From NCBI GenBank assembly GCA_035690485.1, contig DASSKL010000080.1, forward strand, positions 67,797 through 131,796: 64,000 nucleotides of DNA, read 5' to 3'. Positions 1 through 10,008 of this stretch are shown here, piece by piece. The notes under the pieces are model-generated. The model made no database searches. It was given only the letters and a program-made list of their open reading frames with translations, and was not told where the DNA came from. Made by a program: the position numbers and the translations under genes. This DNA is from Mycobacteriales bacterium (GTDB taxonomy: Bacteria > Actinomycetota > Actinomycetes > JAFAQI01 > DASSKL01). The stretch's first letter is position 1, and the number at the start of each line of letters is the position of its first letter.

Positions 1-54
1 GCGGCCCGACGGCCCACGGTGAGTCGGGCGCGGCGCGCCGGCGGCAAGGCCACG

Positions 55-510
55 TCAGGCGTCGTACAGACCCCAGCGGGCGACGGCACGGGCGACGTCT
101 TCACCCGTCACCACGCCGATCACGTCGCCGGCCTCGTCGACCACCGGCACGGCGTCGACCCGGTCCTGGACCATGACGAGCGCCACCTGGCGGACGTCGG
201 CGTCGGCGAGCACGCACGAGGTCCGCGGTCGGATCATGCCCGCGATCCGCTGCCTGCGCAGCGCCAGGGGGCCGACCGGCCACTGAGCGAAGACCTCGCG
301 GTCGTCGAGCACCCCGACGCAGTGGCCTCCGGCGACGACGACCAGGTGGCGCACGCCGTGCTCAATCATGAGCGTCCACGCCGACCACGGGCTCGCGTCG
401 GGGCTGACGGTCAGCACCGGCGAACTCATGATCATCCGCGCCGTGACCGGGTCAGCGACCTTCGTGCCGTCGGGGACGCCACCTCGCGGATGCGACGTCG
501 TCATCGGCAC
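55..510 (-). CDS. CBS domain-containing protein (tandem CBS pair)
   Basis: 151-aa ORF with CBS-domain-like sequence (…VLTVSPDASPW…/…AVPVVDEAGDVIGVVTGEDV…). Its start overlaps the ATPase stop by about 10 nt on the same strand. Confidence 0.75.
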   Translation of the reverse strand: MPMTTSHPRGGVPDGTKVADPVTARMIMSSPVLTVSPDASPWSAWTLMIEHGVRHLVVVAGGHCVGVLDDREVFAQWPVGPLALRRQRIAGMIRPRTSCVLADADVRQVALVMVQDRVDAVPVVDEAGDVIGVVTGEDVARAVARWGLYDA

Positions 511-3107
511 CCACCTCCGTGCTCGAGCGTCTCCAACGGCGCGCGCCCACGCCAGTGCCGTTGGTCCTCAGCTCGGGCCCGACGTCGGGTCACCCACCGG
601 GCGGCGATCCAGCCCGTGGCCGTGAGCGCCAGCACCGGGGCCAGGTCGGCTGCCGCGAGCGGCCGAGTCTCGAGCAGGTCCTGAAGCCAGGGCAGGTAGA
701 CCCCTGCCACGGTCAGGGCGAACGCGGCGGCCACCGCCGCGAACAGGAACGCGTGGCCGGGCGCGCGAGCGCGAACCCCCAGCCCCACGGCGAGCTGGGT
801 TCCGGCGAGCGCGAGGAACAGCATGGTCTGCCACGGCCGGTCCGAGCCGTGGGCCGCCGCGCCGACCCCGAGGCTCACGGCGGTCACCACGAGCGCGAGC
901 TGCAGGATGCCGACGGCGAGGCCATCACCGAGGACGTTCTGCTTCGCCGGACGAGGGGGACGTCGCAGCACGTCGGGCTCCGCCGGTTCGGCCCCGAGCG
1001 CGACCCCGGGGATGCCGTGCGTGACGAGGTTGACCCAGAGGATCTGGGCCGGCAGGAGCGGGATCGACAGCCCTACGGCCGGTCCGAGGAGCATGACGAG
1101 CAGCTCGGCGACCCCGCCCGTCAGCGCGTAGAGCAGGAACCGACGCACGTTGTCGTAGATGCGCCGGCCCTCCTCGACCGCGGCGACCACGGTGCCCAGG
1201 TCGTCGTCGGCGAGCACGAGATCGGCCGCCTGCCGGGCCACCTCGGTGCCGCGGCCGCCCATCGCGACGCCGATGTCGGCGCGGCGCAACGCCGGGCCGT
1301 CGTTGACGCCGTCGCCCGTCATGGCGACGACGTGGCCGGCCCGCTGCCACGCCTCGACGACGTCGACCTTCTGCTCCGGCCGGGTGCGCGCGAGCACCCG
1401 GACGCTCGTGAGGTCGACGTCCGAGCTCTGCAGGTCGGCACCGCTGAGGACGGCCTCGCCGTCCTCGAGCAGCCCCAGCCGTCGGGCGATCGCGGTCGCC
1501 GTGGCCGCGTGGTCGCCGGTGACCAGCACGGGCCGGATACCCGCCGCCTTGCATCCCGCGACGGCCTCGGCTGCGCCCTCTCGCGGCGGGTCCGCCAGCG
1601 CGACGAGGCCGGCCAGCGACAGGCCCGACTCGAGATCGTCCGGCGCAACGTCGCCACGCAGCGCAGTGGCCAGGGCGAGCACCCGGTAGCCGGACGCTGC
1701 GTAGTCCTCGGCCCGGGCCAGCGCGACGGCGACGTCGTCGGGGTCGGCGTCGACACGCTCGAGCACGACCTCGGGCGCGCCCTTCGTCACGACCAGCGTG
1801 CGGCCGTCAGGATTCCGGTGCACCGTCGTCATCCGTCGCCGGCCGCTGTCGAACGGTATCTCGGCCAACCGGGGGAGCCGCCGGTCGGCGGCGGCCTTCA
1901 CGATGCCGAGACGCGCGGCGGCCGCGACCAGCGCGGCCTCCATCGGGTCTCCGACCGGCTGCCAGTCGCCGTGCGGACCGGCCGGCGGGCGCACCGTGGC
2001 GTCGTTGCAGAGAACGGCTGCCTCGAGCAGCGCCGCGAGATGGGGCGCGTCGTCGCGCGTCAGCCGTCGCCCGTCCGGGCCGGTGACCGCTCCGTCGGGC
2101 GCGTAGCCGCGACCGGTGACCGACGCTGCACCGTAGGGCGTCCACACCTGCTCGACCACCATCCGGCCCTCGGTCAGTGTGCCGGTCTTGTCCGTGGCCA
2201 GCACAGTGACGGCACCGAGCGTCTCCACCGCGGGCAGCCGCCGGGCGATGGCGTTGCGAGCCGCCATCCTCCGGGCGCCGAGAGCGAGCGCGAGCGTGAC
2301 CACCGCCGGCAGCGACTCGGGGACGGCGGCGACGAGCAGGCTGATCGCCGTGACCACCATCAGCTCGACCGAGCGACCCTGGGCGAGGCCGACGGCGAGG
2401 ACGATCAGGCAGAGCAGTGCGCCCACCATCGCGATCGCCCGGCCGAGGCCGACGAGCCGCTTCTGCAGCGGGGTCAGGGTCGGTGGCGCCGACATCAGCG
2501 CAGCGATCCGGCCGGTCGCGCTGGCGGCCCCCGTCGCGGTGACCACCGCCTCGCCGCGACCACGCACCACGACCGTCCCGGCGAACAGCTGGTCCCCCGC
2601 CGCCCCGGCCGAGGGCGGGTCCTTGTCGACGGGCACCGACTCGCCGGTCAGCGACGACTCGTCCACGGTGAGCGCGGCCGCCTCGACGACGTCGCCGTCG
2701 GCGGGGACGATGTCACCCTCGCCGAGTAGGACGACGTCTCCGGGGACGATCCGGCTCGCGGGTACGACCGTCACGGTCTCGTCACGCCGCACCCGAGCGG
2801 TGGGAGCGGTCATCGCCGACAGGGCCGCGACCGCCCGGTCGGCCCGCACCTCCTGCCCGACGCCGACGGCGGTGTTGACGAAGACGACCAGCGCGATGAT
2901 GCCGGCGTCCGCGTAGTCGCCGGTCGCGATCGTCAACAGAGCCGCGACGAGGAGTACGACGATCAGCGGATCGACCAGCTGCTGCACGATGCGCCGGCCG
3001 AGCCGTACTCGGGGAGCAGCGGCGACGACGTTGTCGCCGTGCTCCGCCAGGCGACGGGTCGCTTCCGCGGAGCTGAGCCCGCTCCGGCTCGCGACCCCCA
3101 CCGTCAT
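501..3107 (-). CDS. Cation-transporting P-type ATPase (type II Ca2+/Mg2+-like, CtpF-like)
   Basis: 868 aa. Carries the DKTGTLT phosphorylation motif, TGES, MTGDGVNDGPAL, and about 10 predicted TM segments. Confidence 0.92.
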   Translation of the reverse strand: MTVGVASRSGLSSAEATRRLAEHGDNVVAAAPRVRLGRRIVQQLVDPLIVVLLVAALLTIATGDYADAGIIALVVFVNTAVGVGQEVRADRAVAALSAMTAPTARVRRDETVTVVPASRIVPGDVVLLGEGDIVPADGDVVEAAALTVDESSLTGESVPVDKDPPSAGAAGDQLFAGTVVVRGRGEAVVTATGAASATGRIAALMSAPPTLTPLQKRLVGLGRAIAMVGALLCLIVLAVGLAQGRSVELMVVTAISLLVAAVPESLPAVVTLALALGARRMAARNAIARRLPAVETLGAVTVLATDKTGTLTEGRMVVEQVWTPYGAASVTGRGYAPDGAVTGPDGRRLTRDDAPHLAALLEAAVLCNDATVRPPAGPHGDWQPVGDPMEAALVAAAARLGIVKAAADRRLPRLAEIPFDSGRRRMTTVHRNPDGRTLVVTKGAPEVVLERVDADPDDVAVALARAEDYAASGYRVLALATALRGDVAPDDLESGLSLAGLVALADPPREGAAEAVAGCKAAGIRPVLVTGDHAATATAIARRLGLLEDGEAVLSGADLQSSDVDLTSVRVLARTRPEQKVDVVEAWQRAGHVVAMTGDGVNDGPALRRADIGVAMGGRGTEVARQAADLVLADDDLGTVVAAVEEGRRIYDNVRRFLLYALTGGVAELLVMLLGPAVGLSIPLLPAQILWVNLVTHGIPGVALGAEPAEPDVLRRPPRPAKQNVLGDGLAVGILQLALVVTAVSLGVGAAAHGSDRPWQTMLFLALAGTQLAVGLGVRARAPGHAFLFAAVAAAFALTVAGVYLPWLQDLLETRPLAAADLAPVLALTATGWIAARWVTRRRARAEDQRHWRGRAPLETLEHGGGCR

Positions 3108-3997
3108 GGCGCGGTCACGTCACCGGCGACGGTGGTGAAGCCGTAACCAGCGGCCCGCACGGCCGTGATGACGTCGGGAAGCGCGTCCGCGTCGTACGTC
3201 GTGCCGTCATCGGGGTTGGCGCCGACGTGCATGAGCACGATCTCCCCCGGGCTCAGCCGGGCAAGCACCCGCCGGACGACGTCCCGGGGCCCTCCGGCGG
3301 AGCGCCCCTCCCAGCCGAGCGTGTCCACCGTCCAACCGACGGCCTGATAGCCGAGCCCAGCGATGATCGCTCGGGTCCGCGTGTCGCTCTCGCCGTAGGG
3401 GAAGCGGAACCACGGATGGGGGTCGCGGCCGGTCACCCGGGCGATGGTCGCGGCGGCGGACGTCACCTCAGCCCGGACCGCCTGCCCGGACAACGCCGGC
3501 AGGTGCGGGTGGTCGACCGTGTGGTCACCGACGAGATGTCCGGCCGCGACGATCTGGCGTGCGGCCGCCGGCTGCGCGTCGACCCAGCGCCCGGTCAGGA
3601 AGAACGTGGCCGGGACGCGCTCATGAGACAGCGCGGCAAGGATCGGGGCGACTCCCTGCGCGCCCGCGCCCGCGTCGAAGGTCAGCGCCACGACCCGGCG
3701 GTTCGTGGGGAGGCGGTCGATCACCGTCGCGGCGACGGCGGCCGTCGAGGCGGGTGCAGTCGTAGGGGCAGGGGGCGCGACGCTCACGTCGGTTGTCGGA
3801 GTCCTCGACGCTGACGGCGTCGGGGCCGACGTGGGCGTCGCACCCCCCCTCGGCGACGTCGAGACCGTCGGGCTCGACGTCGCGGGTGAGCTGCCGCCGG
3901 GAGAAGGAGCGGTCCTGAGACCGGCTCCCGGCCCACACCCGGCGAGCAGCACGGTGGCGGTGACCGAGGTCACCGCCACCGCAACAGGTCGACGCAC
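3104..3997 (-). CDS. Polysaccharide deacetylase (NodB-homology) lipoprotein
   Basis: N-terminal LLAGC lipobox and a Pro/Thr/Ser-rich linker. The NodB-like segment reads …[12 protein letters not shown]…HTVDHPHL…. Its stop overlaps the ATPase start (ATGA). Confidence 0.8.
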   Translation of the reverse strand: MRRPVAVAVTSVTATVLLAGCGPGAGLRTAPSPGGSSPATSSPTVSTSPRGGATPTSAPTPSASRTPTTDVSVAPPAPTTAPASTAAVAATVIDRLPTNRRVVALTFDAGAGAQGVAPILAALSHERVPATFFLTGRWVDAQPAAARQIVAAGHLVGDHTVDHPHLPALSGQAVRAEVTSAAATIARVTGRDPHPWFRFPYGESDTRTRAIIAGLGYQAVGWTVDTLGWEGRSAGGPRDVVRRVLARLSPGEIVLMHVGANPDDGTTYDADALPDVITAVRAAGYGFTTVAGDVTAP

Positions 3998-4003
3998 GGC
4001 CCG

Positions 4004-4249
4004 TCACCGGCCGGCGAGGACCTCACACCGACGGCGATAGTCCTCCTCCTCGACCTCCCCTGCGGCGTACCGCTGTTCGAGGATTCGCCGTGCGGCGTCT
4101 TCGGGTGGTGCCGGCTCACGGACCCGGCAGGCGCGAAGGCTGTACATCACAGCCGTCAGCACCGCCACCCAGACCGCGAGTGCGGCCAAGCACAGCGGGA
4201 GCCACACCGCTGCTTCCCATGCCCCACCGTCATGCCAGCCCATCATCGC
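4004..4249 (-). CDS. SHOCT-domain small membrane protein
   Basis: Start at MMGWHD; one TM helix followed by …[32 protein letters not shown], a SHOCT-like C-terminus. The upstream part of the 138-aa ORF has poor GC3 and is rejected. Confidence 0.6.
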   Translation of the reverse strand, partial: AMMGWHDGGAWEAAVWLPLCLAALAVWVAVLTAVMYSLRACRVREPAPPEDAARRILEQRYAAGEVEEEDYRRRCEVLAGR

Positions 4250-4683
4250 GATCACCTCCCGCCCGGGTGTACGTGCGCCCGGACACCTTCGCCACGGGCA
4301 CCTGCTCGTCCCGCGGCCACGACGGATGGCGCATCCGCGCCTCCCAGTGGACGCGACAGACCGAGCACCACCGCGGGTGGTCCATTCCGTGCGGGCAGCG
4401 CAGCGACGCGCGCCCCGCACCAGGCGGCCGGGCGGTGGTCTTCGTGGCGGCCATGGGCCTAGCGTCGCTGAACCCGTGTCGACGCGGCAGCGGCTTACGA
4501 CTCGACCGTGCGGACCGAACGTCCCGACGCGGACATCCCGGGACTCAGCGTGGCGTCAACGGTCCAACGGCACTTCGCCAGGACCTTCCGGCCCTGGTCC
4601 GCCGTCCGCACCACGGCACACCGTGGAGACGGTCGGCAGCCGGGCGACCAGTGCACGGCTCTGCGAGCAGAAGGGAGAGCGCC

Positions 4684-5361
4684 GTGGCAACCGTGACGGC
4701 TCACCCCACCTATCCGGTCCGCGTGACGGCGCGGCTCGACGCACCGCTGTCCCGGTGGTTGTGGCTGGTCAAGTGGTTCATGGCCATCCCGCACTACGTC
4801 GTGCTGGCCTTCCTGTGGCTCGCCTTCGTGCTGCTGAGCATCGGGGCGTTCTTCGGCATCCTGTTCACCGGGCGCTACCCGCGGAGGATCTTCGACTTCA
4901 ACATCGGCGTCCTGCGCTGGACCTGGCGCGTGCAGTACTACACGTACGGCGCATTGGGGACGGATCGTTACCCGCCCTTCACGCTCGAGGACAGGCCGGA
5001 CTACCCGGCCCACCTCGAGATCGCCTACCCCGGTCAGCTGTCCCGGGGCCTGGTGCTGGTGAAGTGGTGGCTGCTCGCGATCCCGCACTACCTCATCGTC
5101 GGGCTCTTCCTCGGCGGCGGCTGGATGGCAGTGCACGCCGGCGGCGGGCTGGTCGGGCTGCTCGTGCTGATCGCCGGATTCGCCCTGCTGTTCACCGGCC
5201 GCTACCCGCAGCAGATCTTCGACCTGCTGCTCGGGCTGAACCGATGGGCGCTCAGGGTCGCGGCGTACGCCGCACTGATGACCGACGACTACCCCCCGTT
5301 CCGCCTTGACATGGGCGGCGACGAGGCCGCGGCACCGGCCGCAGAGACGGCGCAGGGTTGA
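4684..5361 (+). CDS. DUF4389 domain-containing membrane protein
   Basis: GTG start preceded by AAGGGAGAG. The [11 protein letters not shown]…FTGRYP motif is repeated twice, the DUF4389 hallmark. Confidence 0.75.
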   Translation: MATVTAHPTYPVRVTARLDAPLSRWLWLVKWFMAIPHYVVLAFLWLAFVLLSIGAFFGILFTGRYPRRIFDFNIGVLRWTWRVQYYTYGALGTDRYPPFTLEDRPDYPAHLEIAYPGQLSRGLVLVKWWLLAIPHYLIVGLFLGGGWMAVHAGGGLVGLLVLIAGFALLFTGRYPQQIFDLLLGLNRWALRVAAYAALMTDDYPPFRLDMGGDEAAAPAAETAQG

Positions 5362-5377
5362 TGCGCCGCACGGGCAC

Positions 5378-5413
5378 GTGGTCGGGGGCGGACGGAGCCC
5401 CGCCCCCGACCAC
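5378..5413 (+). terminator. GC-rich hairpin (14-bp stem GTGGTCGGGGGCGG / CCGCCCCCGACCAC) after the DUF4389 gene
   Basis: The near-perfect inverted repeat is read directly from the sequence, 17 nt after the stop. There is no T-tract, which is usual for actinobacteria. Confidence 0.5.
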
Positions 5414-5458
5414 GGTCCTCCCCAGGGCCCGGAGCCAAAGAGAGGTATGCTCGCCATA

Positions 5459-5472
5459 TACCCCCTGGGGTA
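5459..5472. promoter_or_regulatory. Inverted repeat TACCCC-ct-GGGGTA (CsoR/RicR-type operator-like) 20 nt upstream of the DUF302 start
   Basis: ATATACCCCCTGGGGTAGG read directly. It resembles the TACCC-Nn-GGGTA copper-sensor (CsoR/RicR) operator class. Confidence 0.35.
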
Positions 5473-5491
5473 GGTCGAAGGGAGCGGGAGC

Positions 5492-5899
5492 ATGAACGCA
5501 GTAGGCATGCGGGTGACGGTGCCGCAGGACCTCGACACGGTGCTCGAACGGCTGCGCGGCGCGCTGGCCGATGAGGGCTTCGGCGTGCTCACCGAGATCG
5601 ACGTCCAGGCGACGTTGCGCACCAAGATCGGCGCGGAGGTCGAGCCGTACCGGATTCTCGGCGTCTGCAACCCGCGGCTCGCCCACCAGGCGCTCGAGAT
5701 CGACCGGTCAGTCGGGCTGCTCCTGCCGTGCACGGTCGTCCTCCGCGAGGGCGATGCCGGCAGCACCGTGCTGGAGGTCCAGGACCCGGCAGTCATGGTC
5801 TCGGTCACCGGCGAACCGCGGCTGCGCGTGATAGCCGACGAGGCCGCGCGGCGGTTGAGCGCCGCGGTTCGCCGGCTCGTCGTGGCCGACGCCGCTTAG
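5492..5899 (+). CDS. DUF302 domain-containing protein
   Basis: 135 aa with ATG after GAAGGGAGCGGGAG. The sequence …GFGVLTEIDVQATLRTKIG…YRILGVCNPRLAHQAL… is typical of DUF302. Confidence 0.8.
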   Translation: MNAVGMRVTVPQDLDTVLERLRGALADEGFGVLTEIDVQATLRTKIGAEVEPYRILGVCNPRLAHQALEIDRSVGLLLPCTVVLREGDAGSTVLEVQDPAVMVSVTGEPRLRVIADEAARRLSAAVRRLVVADAA

Positions 5900-5901
5900 A
5901 C

Positions 5902-5944
5902 GGCAGGAGCGTCACCCCCTCCCCCGTAGGGTGGCGCTCCTGCC
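5902..5944 (+). terminator. Compound hairpin GGCAGGAGCG…CGCTCCTGCC enclosing CACCC…GGGTG, directly after the DUF302 stop
   Basis: The 10-bp outer stem plus 5-bp inner stem are read from the sequence. Confidence 0.5.
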
Positions 5945-5970
5945 CCTCCGCCGCTGCTTCGGGACGTTCG

Positions 5971-5986
5971 GCTCTGGCGCCAGAGC
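5971..5986. promoter_or_regulatory. Perfect 16-bp palindrome GCTCTGGCGCCAGAGC about 37 nt upstream of the USP start
   Basis: Read directly from the sequence; candidate operator. Confidence 0.35.
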
Positions 5987-6022
5987 GGCGTTCACGATCG
6001 AATGCACGCGGAGGGATGACTC

Positions 6023-6484
6023 ATGAACGACGTTGTCGTCGGCGTCGACGGGTCCAGCGACTCGGCCCGCGCCCTCGCATGGGCGCTCGAGGAGGCGGAG
6101 GCGCACCAGGTGCGGTTGCGCATCATCACCGTCGTGACGCCGGTGCCGACCGCCGCGACCTGGCCGGTCGACGTGCTCTACGGCAGCGTCACCGACGAGG
6201 ATCTCGCGCGCGCCCAGGCCAACGCCGCGACGATGCTCACCACGGTGGAGAAGGAGCGCGGCCGTCGCGCGCAGGTCGAGGTCGGGGTCGAGGCCCTCAT
6301 CGGCCAGCCCGCGCACACGCTGTGCAGCGCGAGCGCCGACGCGCGTGCGTTGGTCCTCGGCTCGCGCGGTGCCGGCGGCTTCGGCCGGCTGCTGCTCGGC
6401 TCGGTGAGCACCGCCGTGGTGCACCACGCCCGCTGCCCAGTCGTGATCATCCGCCCGCCCGACCCTCGCTCTGACGACCTCTGA
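6023..6484 (+). CDS. Universal stress protein (UspA family)
   Basis: The VVVGVDGSSDSARALAWA… N-terminus and GSRGAGGFGRLLLGSVS motif match the USP family. Confidence 0.85.
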   Translation: MNDVVVGVDGSSDSARALAWALEEAEAHQVRLRIITVVTPVPTAATWPVDVLYGSVTDEDLARAQANAATMLTTVEKERGRRAQVEVGVEALIGQPAHTLCSASADARALVLGSRGAGGFGRLLLGSVSTAVVHHARCPVVIIRPPDPRSDDL

Positions 6485-6533
6485 CCCCCGCTGCCAGGTC
6501 TTGACCGGCAGCGAGATGCGGTAGGCAGGCGCC

Positions 6534-8891
6534 ATGGAAACGACCGTGCCGTCGGACTCCGAGCTCGCGCAGATCGACGCCTACTGGCGAGCAGCCAACT
6601 ACCTGTCCGTGGGGCAGATCTACCTGCTCGCCAACCCTCTGCTGCACGAGCCGCTGCGCGTCCAGCACATCAAGCCGCGGCTGCTGGGCCACTTCGGCAC
6701 GACGCCGGGGCTGAACCTGATCTACGCGCACCTCAACCGGGTCATCAAGCAGCGGGACCTGTCGGCGATCTACGTCACCGGACCCGGCCACGGCGGCCCG
6801 GGCCTCGTCGCCAACGCCTACCTCGAGGGCACCTACACCGAGGTCTACCCCAGCATCGGGCACGACGAGGAGGGGCTGCGACGGCTGTTCCGGCAGTTCT
6901 CCTTCCCCGGCGGCATCCCGAGCCACGTGGCCCCCGAGACACCCGGGTCCATCAACGAGGGCGGTGAGCTGGGCTACTCGCTGGTCCACGCCTACGGTGC
7001 GGCGTTCGACAACCCGGACCTCCTCGTCGCCTGTGTCATCGGCGACGGTGAGGCCGAGACCGGCCCACTCGCGGCCTCCTGGCACTCCACCGCGTTCCTC
7101 GACCCGGTGCACGACGGCGCGGTCCTGCCGATCCTGCACCTCAACGGTTACAAGATCGCAAACCCGACGGTGCTCGCGCGAATCGACGACGCCGAGCTGC
7201 TCGACCTGCTGCGCGGCTACGGCCACGAGCCCTACGTCGTCGCGGGCGACGATCCCGCCCGCGTGCACCGTGAGCTGGCGACCACGCTCGACACGATCTG
7301 CGACCGCATCGCCGAGATCCAGCACGCCGCTCGCGTGGAGGGCGCTACCCACCGGCCGCGCTGGCCCTGCCTCGTCCTGCGTACGCCGAAGGGCTGGACC
7401 GGCCCGAAGACGGTCGACGGGCTGCCGGTCGAGGGTTCGTTCCGCTCGCACCAGGTGCCGCTCGCCGGCGTCCGGGAGAACCCGGAGCACCTGCGGATGC
7501 TCGAGGAGTGGATGCGCTCCTACCGACCCGATGAGCTCTTCGACCGGACCGGCGCGCTGCGCGAAGACCTCACCGCCCTCCCGCCGGCCGGCCCCCGGCG
7601 GATGAGCGCCAACCCGGTGGCCAACGGCGGCCTGCTGCTGCGCGGCCTCGAGCTGCCCGACTTCCGGGACTACGCCGTCACCGTCACCGAGCCCGCGACG
7701 GAGTTCAGCGAGGCGACCTACGTCCTCGGTGAGTGGCTTGCCGACGTCGTACGCCGCAACCCCACGACGTTCCGCATCTTCGGACCCGACGAGACCGCCT
7801 CCAACCGGCTGCAGGCGGTCTTCGAGGCAACCGACCGGATGTGGCAGGCGCGGATGGAGCCGACGGACGACCATCTCGGCCGGTCCGGGCGCGTGCTCGA
7901 GGTGCTCTCCGAGCACCTGTGCGAGGGCTGGCTCGAGGGCTACCTGCTGACGGGCCGGCACGGGTTGTTCAATTGCTACGAGGCGTTCGTCCACATCGTC
8001 GACTCCATGGTCAACCAGCACGCCAAGTGGTTGAAGGTGACCCGGGGGCTCGCATGGCGCCGGCCGATCGCCTCGCTGAACTTCCTGCTGTCCAGCCATG
8101 TGTGGCGCCAGGACCACAACGGCTTCTCCCACCAGGACCCCGGCTTCATCGACCACGTCGTCAACAAGAAGGCCGAGATCGTGCGCGTCTACCTGCCCCC
8201 CGACACGAACACGCTGCTGTCGACGATGGACCACTGCCTGCGGAGCCGGGACTACATCAACGTCGTCGTCGCTGGGAAGCAGCCGGCACTCACCTACCTG
8301 CCGATGGACGAGGCGATGGCCCACTGCACGCGCGGTCTCGGCATCTTCGACTGGGCCAGCAACGACGACGGCGAGGACCCCGACGTCGTGCTGGCCTGTG
8401 CTGGCGACGTGCCGACGCTGGAGACCGTCGCCGCCGCGGCTCTGCTGCGCGAGCACCTGCCGCAGCTCAGGGTGCGGGTCGTCAACGTCGTCGACCTGAT
8501 GCGGCTGCAGACGCCCGACGAGCACCCGCACGGCCTGCCGGACGACCAGTTCGACGCGCTGTTCACGGCCGACCGGCCGGTGGTCTTCGCCTACCACGGC
8601 TACCCGTGGCTGATCCACCGGCTGACCTACCGCCGGACCAACCACGACAACATCCACGTGCGCGGGTACAAGGAAGAGGGGACGACGACCACGCCGTTCG
8701 ACATGGTCATGCTGAACGACCTCGACCGGTTCCACCTGGTCATCGACGTGATCGACCGGGTGCCGCACCTGGGCCAGCGGGTAGCCGGGCTGCGTCAGCG
8801 GATGGTCGACGCGCGGTTGCGGGCACGTGCCTACACCCGCGAGAACGGCGAGGACATGCCGGAGATCAGCGACTGGACCTGGCCCGGCTGA
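6534..8891 (+). CDS. xfp: Phosphoketolase (xylulose-5-P/fructose-6-P phosphoketolase)
   Basis: 785 aa with the canonical N-terminus …[15 protein letters not shown]…HFGTTPGLN…GPGHGGP…GELGYSL… and a TPP-binding GDGE motif. Confidence 0.93.
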   Translation: METTVPSDSELAQIDAYWRAANYLSVGQIYLLANPLLHEPLRVQHIKPRLLGHFGTTPGLNLIYAHLNRVIKQRDLSAIYVTGPGHGGPGLVANAYLEGTYTEVYPSIGHDEEGLRRLFRQFSFPGGIPSHVAPETPGSINEGGELGYSLVHAYGAAFDNPDLLVACVIGDGEAETGPLAASWHSTAFLDPVHDGAVLPILHLNGYKIANPTVLARIDDAELLDLLRGYGHEPYVVAGDDPARVHRELATTLDTICDRIAEIQHAARVEGATHRPRWPCLVLRTPKGWTGPKTVDGLPVEGSFRSHQVPLAGVRENPEHLRMLEEWMRSYRPDELFDRTGALREDLTALPPAGPRRMSANPVANGGLLLRGLELPDFRDYAVTVTEPATEFSEATYVLGEWLADVVRRNPTTFRIFGPDETASNRLQAVFEATDRMWQARMEPTDDHLGRSGRVLEVLSEHLCEGWLEGYLLTGRHGLFNCYEAFVHIVDSMVNQHAKWLKVTRGLAWRRPIASLNFLLSSHVWRQDHNGFSHQDPGFIDHVVNKKAEIVRVYLPPDTNTLLSTMDHCLRSRDYINVVVAGKQPALTYLPMDEAMAHCTRGLGIFDWASNDDGEDPDVVLACAGDVPTLETVAAAALLREHLPQLRVRVVNVVDLMRLQTPDEHPHGLPDDQFDALFTADRPVVFAYHGYPWLIHRLTYRRTNHDNIHVRGYKEEGTTTTPFDMVMLNDLDRFHLVIDVIDRVPHLGQRVAGLRQRMVDARLRARAYTRENGEDMPEISDWTWPG

Positions 8892-8892
8892 C

Positions 8893-9990
8893 GTGCGCGT
8901 CCTCGTGGTCAACGCCGGCTCGTCCAGCCTGAAGCTCCGGCTGGTCGAGCCGCCCGAGGGACTGCTGTGGTCCTGCGACGTACCCGGCGGCAATGGCCGG
9001 TTCGACGCCGGGGCGGTCGCCGACGCCGTCGCCGAGGCACGTCGATCCGCGGGCGAGGCCGACGCGGTGGGGCACCGCATCGTCCACGGCGGGACCGAGT
9101 TCAGCGCTCCGGTGCGGATCGACCCCGCCGTGGAGCAGCGACTTCGCGCGCTGACCGACCTCGCGCCGCTGCACCAGCCGAAGTCGCTCGCCGCCCTCGA
9201 CGCGGTGACGGCGGCCCTGCCGGACCTGCCGGCGGTTGCCTGCTTCGACACCGCGTTTCACGCAACCCTGCCGGCGGCTGCCGCGACCTACGCCGTCCCG
9301 CGCGAGTGGCGGGAGAGCTTCGGCCTACGCCGGTTCGGCTTCCACGGGCTGTCGCACGCCTACGTCTCGCGTCGCGTGCAGGAGCTGGCGCCCACGGCTC
9401 GCCGGGTCGTGAGCTGCCATCTGGGCGCGGGCGCTTCGCTGGCGGCGATCCTCGACGGTAGCTGCGTCGACACGACGATGGGCTTCACGCCGCTCGAAGG
9501 TCTGGTGATGGCCACGAGGTCGGGCTCCGTCGACCCAGGCCTGCTGCTGTGGCTGCAGGAGCACACCGGGCTGCGGGAAGGCGACGTCGCCGAGGCGTTG
9601 GAGCACCAATCCGGCCTGCTGGCACTGGCCGGCACTGCCGACATGCGCGAGGTGCTCGACCGGGCAGCCGCCGCAGACCCCGACGCGGCCCTGGCACTCG
9701 CCGTCTACCTGCACCGGCTGCGCGGGCTGATCGCTGCCATGACCGCCTCGCTCGGCGGGCTCGACGTCCTCGCCTTCACCGGTGGCGTGGGCGAGCGCGC
9801 ACCGCGCATCCGGGCCGCGGCCGCAGATGGCCTCGGCTACCTGGGCGTCGCCGTCGACGGGCCGCGCAACGACGGGGCCGACGGCGTCACCGACATCTCC
9901 GCCGAGGCGGCCAGGGCGCGGACATGGGTGATCCCAGCGCGCGAGGACCTGGAGATCGCCCGAGCCGTCGCCGACCTGCTGAGCGGCTGA
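8893..9990 (+). CDS. ackA: Acetate kinase
   Basis: GTG start 1 nt after the xfp stop (TGAcGTG). The product begins VRVLVVNAGSSSLKL and is typical AckA throughout. The upstream ATG at 8827 would overlap xfp by 65 nt and is rejected. Confidence 0.9.
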   Translation: MRVLVVNAGSSSLKLRLVEPPEGLLWSCDVPGGNGRFDAGAVADAVAEARRSAGEADAVGHRIVHGGTEFSAPVRIDPAVEQRLRALTDLAPLHQPKSLAALDAVTAALPDLPAVACFDTAFHATLPAAAATYAVPREWRESFGLRRFGFHGLSHAYVSRRVQELAPTARRVVSCHLGAGASLAAILDGSCVDTTMGFTPLEGLVMATRSGSVDPGLLLWLQEHTGLREGDVAEALEHQSGLLALAGTADMREVLDRAAAADPDAALALAVYLHRLRGLIAAMTASLGGLDVLAFTGGVGERAPRIRAAAADGLGYLGVAVDGPRNDGADGVTDISAEAARARTWVIPAREDLEIARAVADLLSG

Positions 9991-10008
9991 GACCCGCGAG
10001 CCGGCGAA

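Noticed and set aside
519-2729. Long Arg/Gly/Pro-rich ORFs on alternative frames. Examples: 519..2729 +, 925..1554 -, 16566..18704 -, 22780..25122 +, 43856..47845 +, 24987..26504 N-terminal part, 10541..12046 -.
   Set aside because: These are typical shadow ORFs of a 72% GC genome. They run antisense or out of frame to genes with strong homology, have poor third-position GC bias and low-complexity R/G/P/A composition.
4090-4683. The N-terminal 198 codons of the DUF4389 ORF, and the N-terminal 81 codons of the SHOCT ORF (4250..4420).
   Set aside because: Composition is Arg/Pro-rich and third-position GC is weak. The conserved domains start at the GTG at 4684 and the ATG at 4249 respectively.
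4250-4683. Possible tRNA, sRNA or CRISPR content in the larger intergenic gaps (4250..4683, 11260..11429, 40243..40340).
   Set aside because: No T-loop (GGTTCGAnTCC) or cloverleaf-compatible sequence, no direct-repeat arrays, and no rRNA-like segments were seen.
5900-6022. DosR box upstream of USP/xfp.
   Set aside because: A GGGAC half-site is present (cgGGGACgttcg), but no matching GTCCC partner at the right spacing. The perfect GCTCTGGCGCCAGAGC palindrome is a different motif.
8827-8892. ATG at 8827 as the acetate kinase start.
   Set aside because: It would overlap the phosphoketolase 3' end by 65 nt. The GTG at 8893, directly after the xfp stop, gives the conserved N-terminus VRVLVVNAGSSSLKL.
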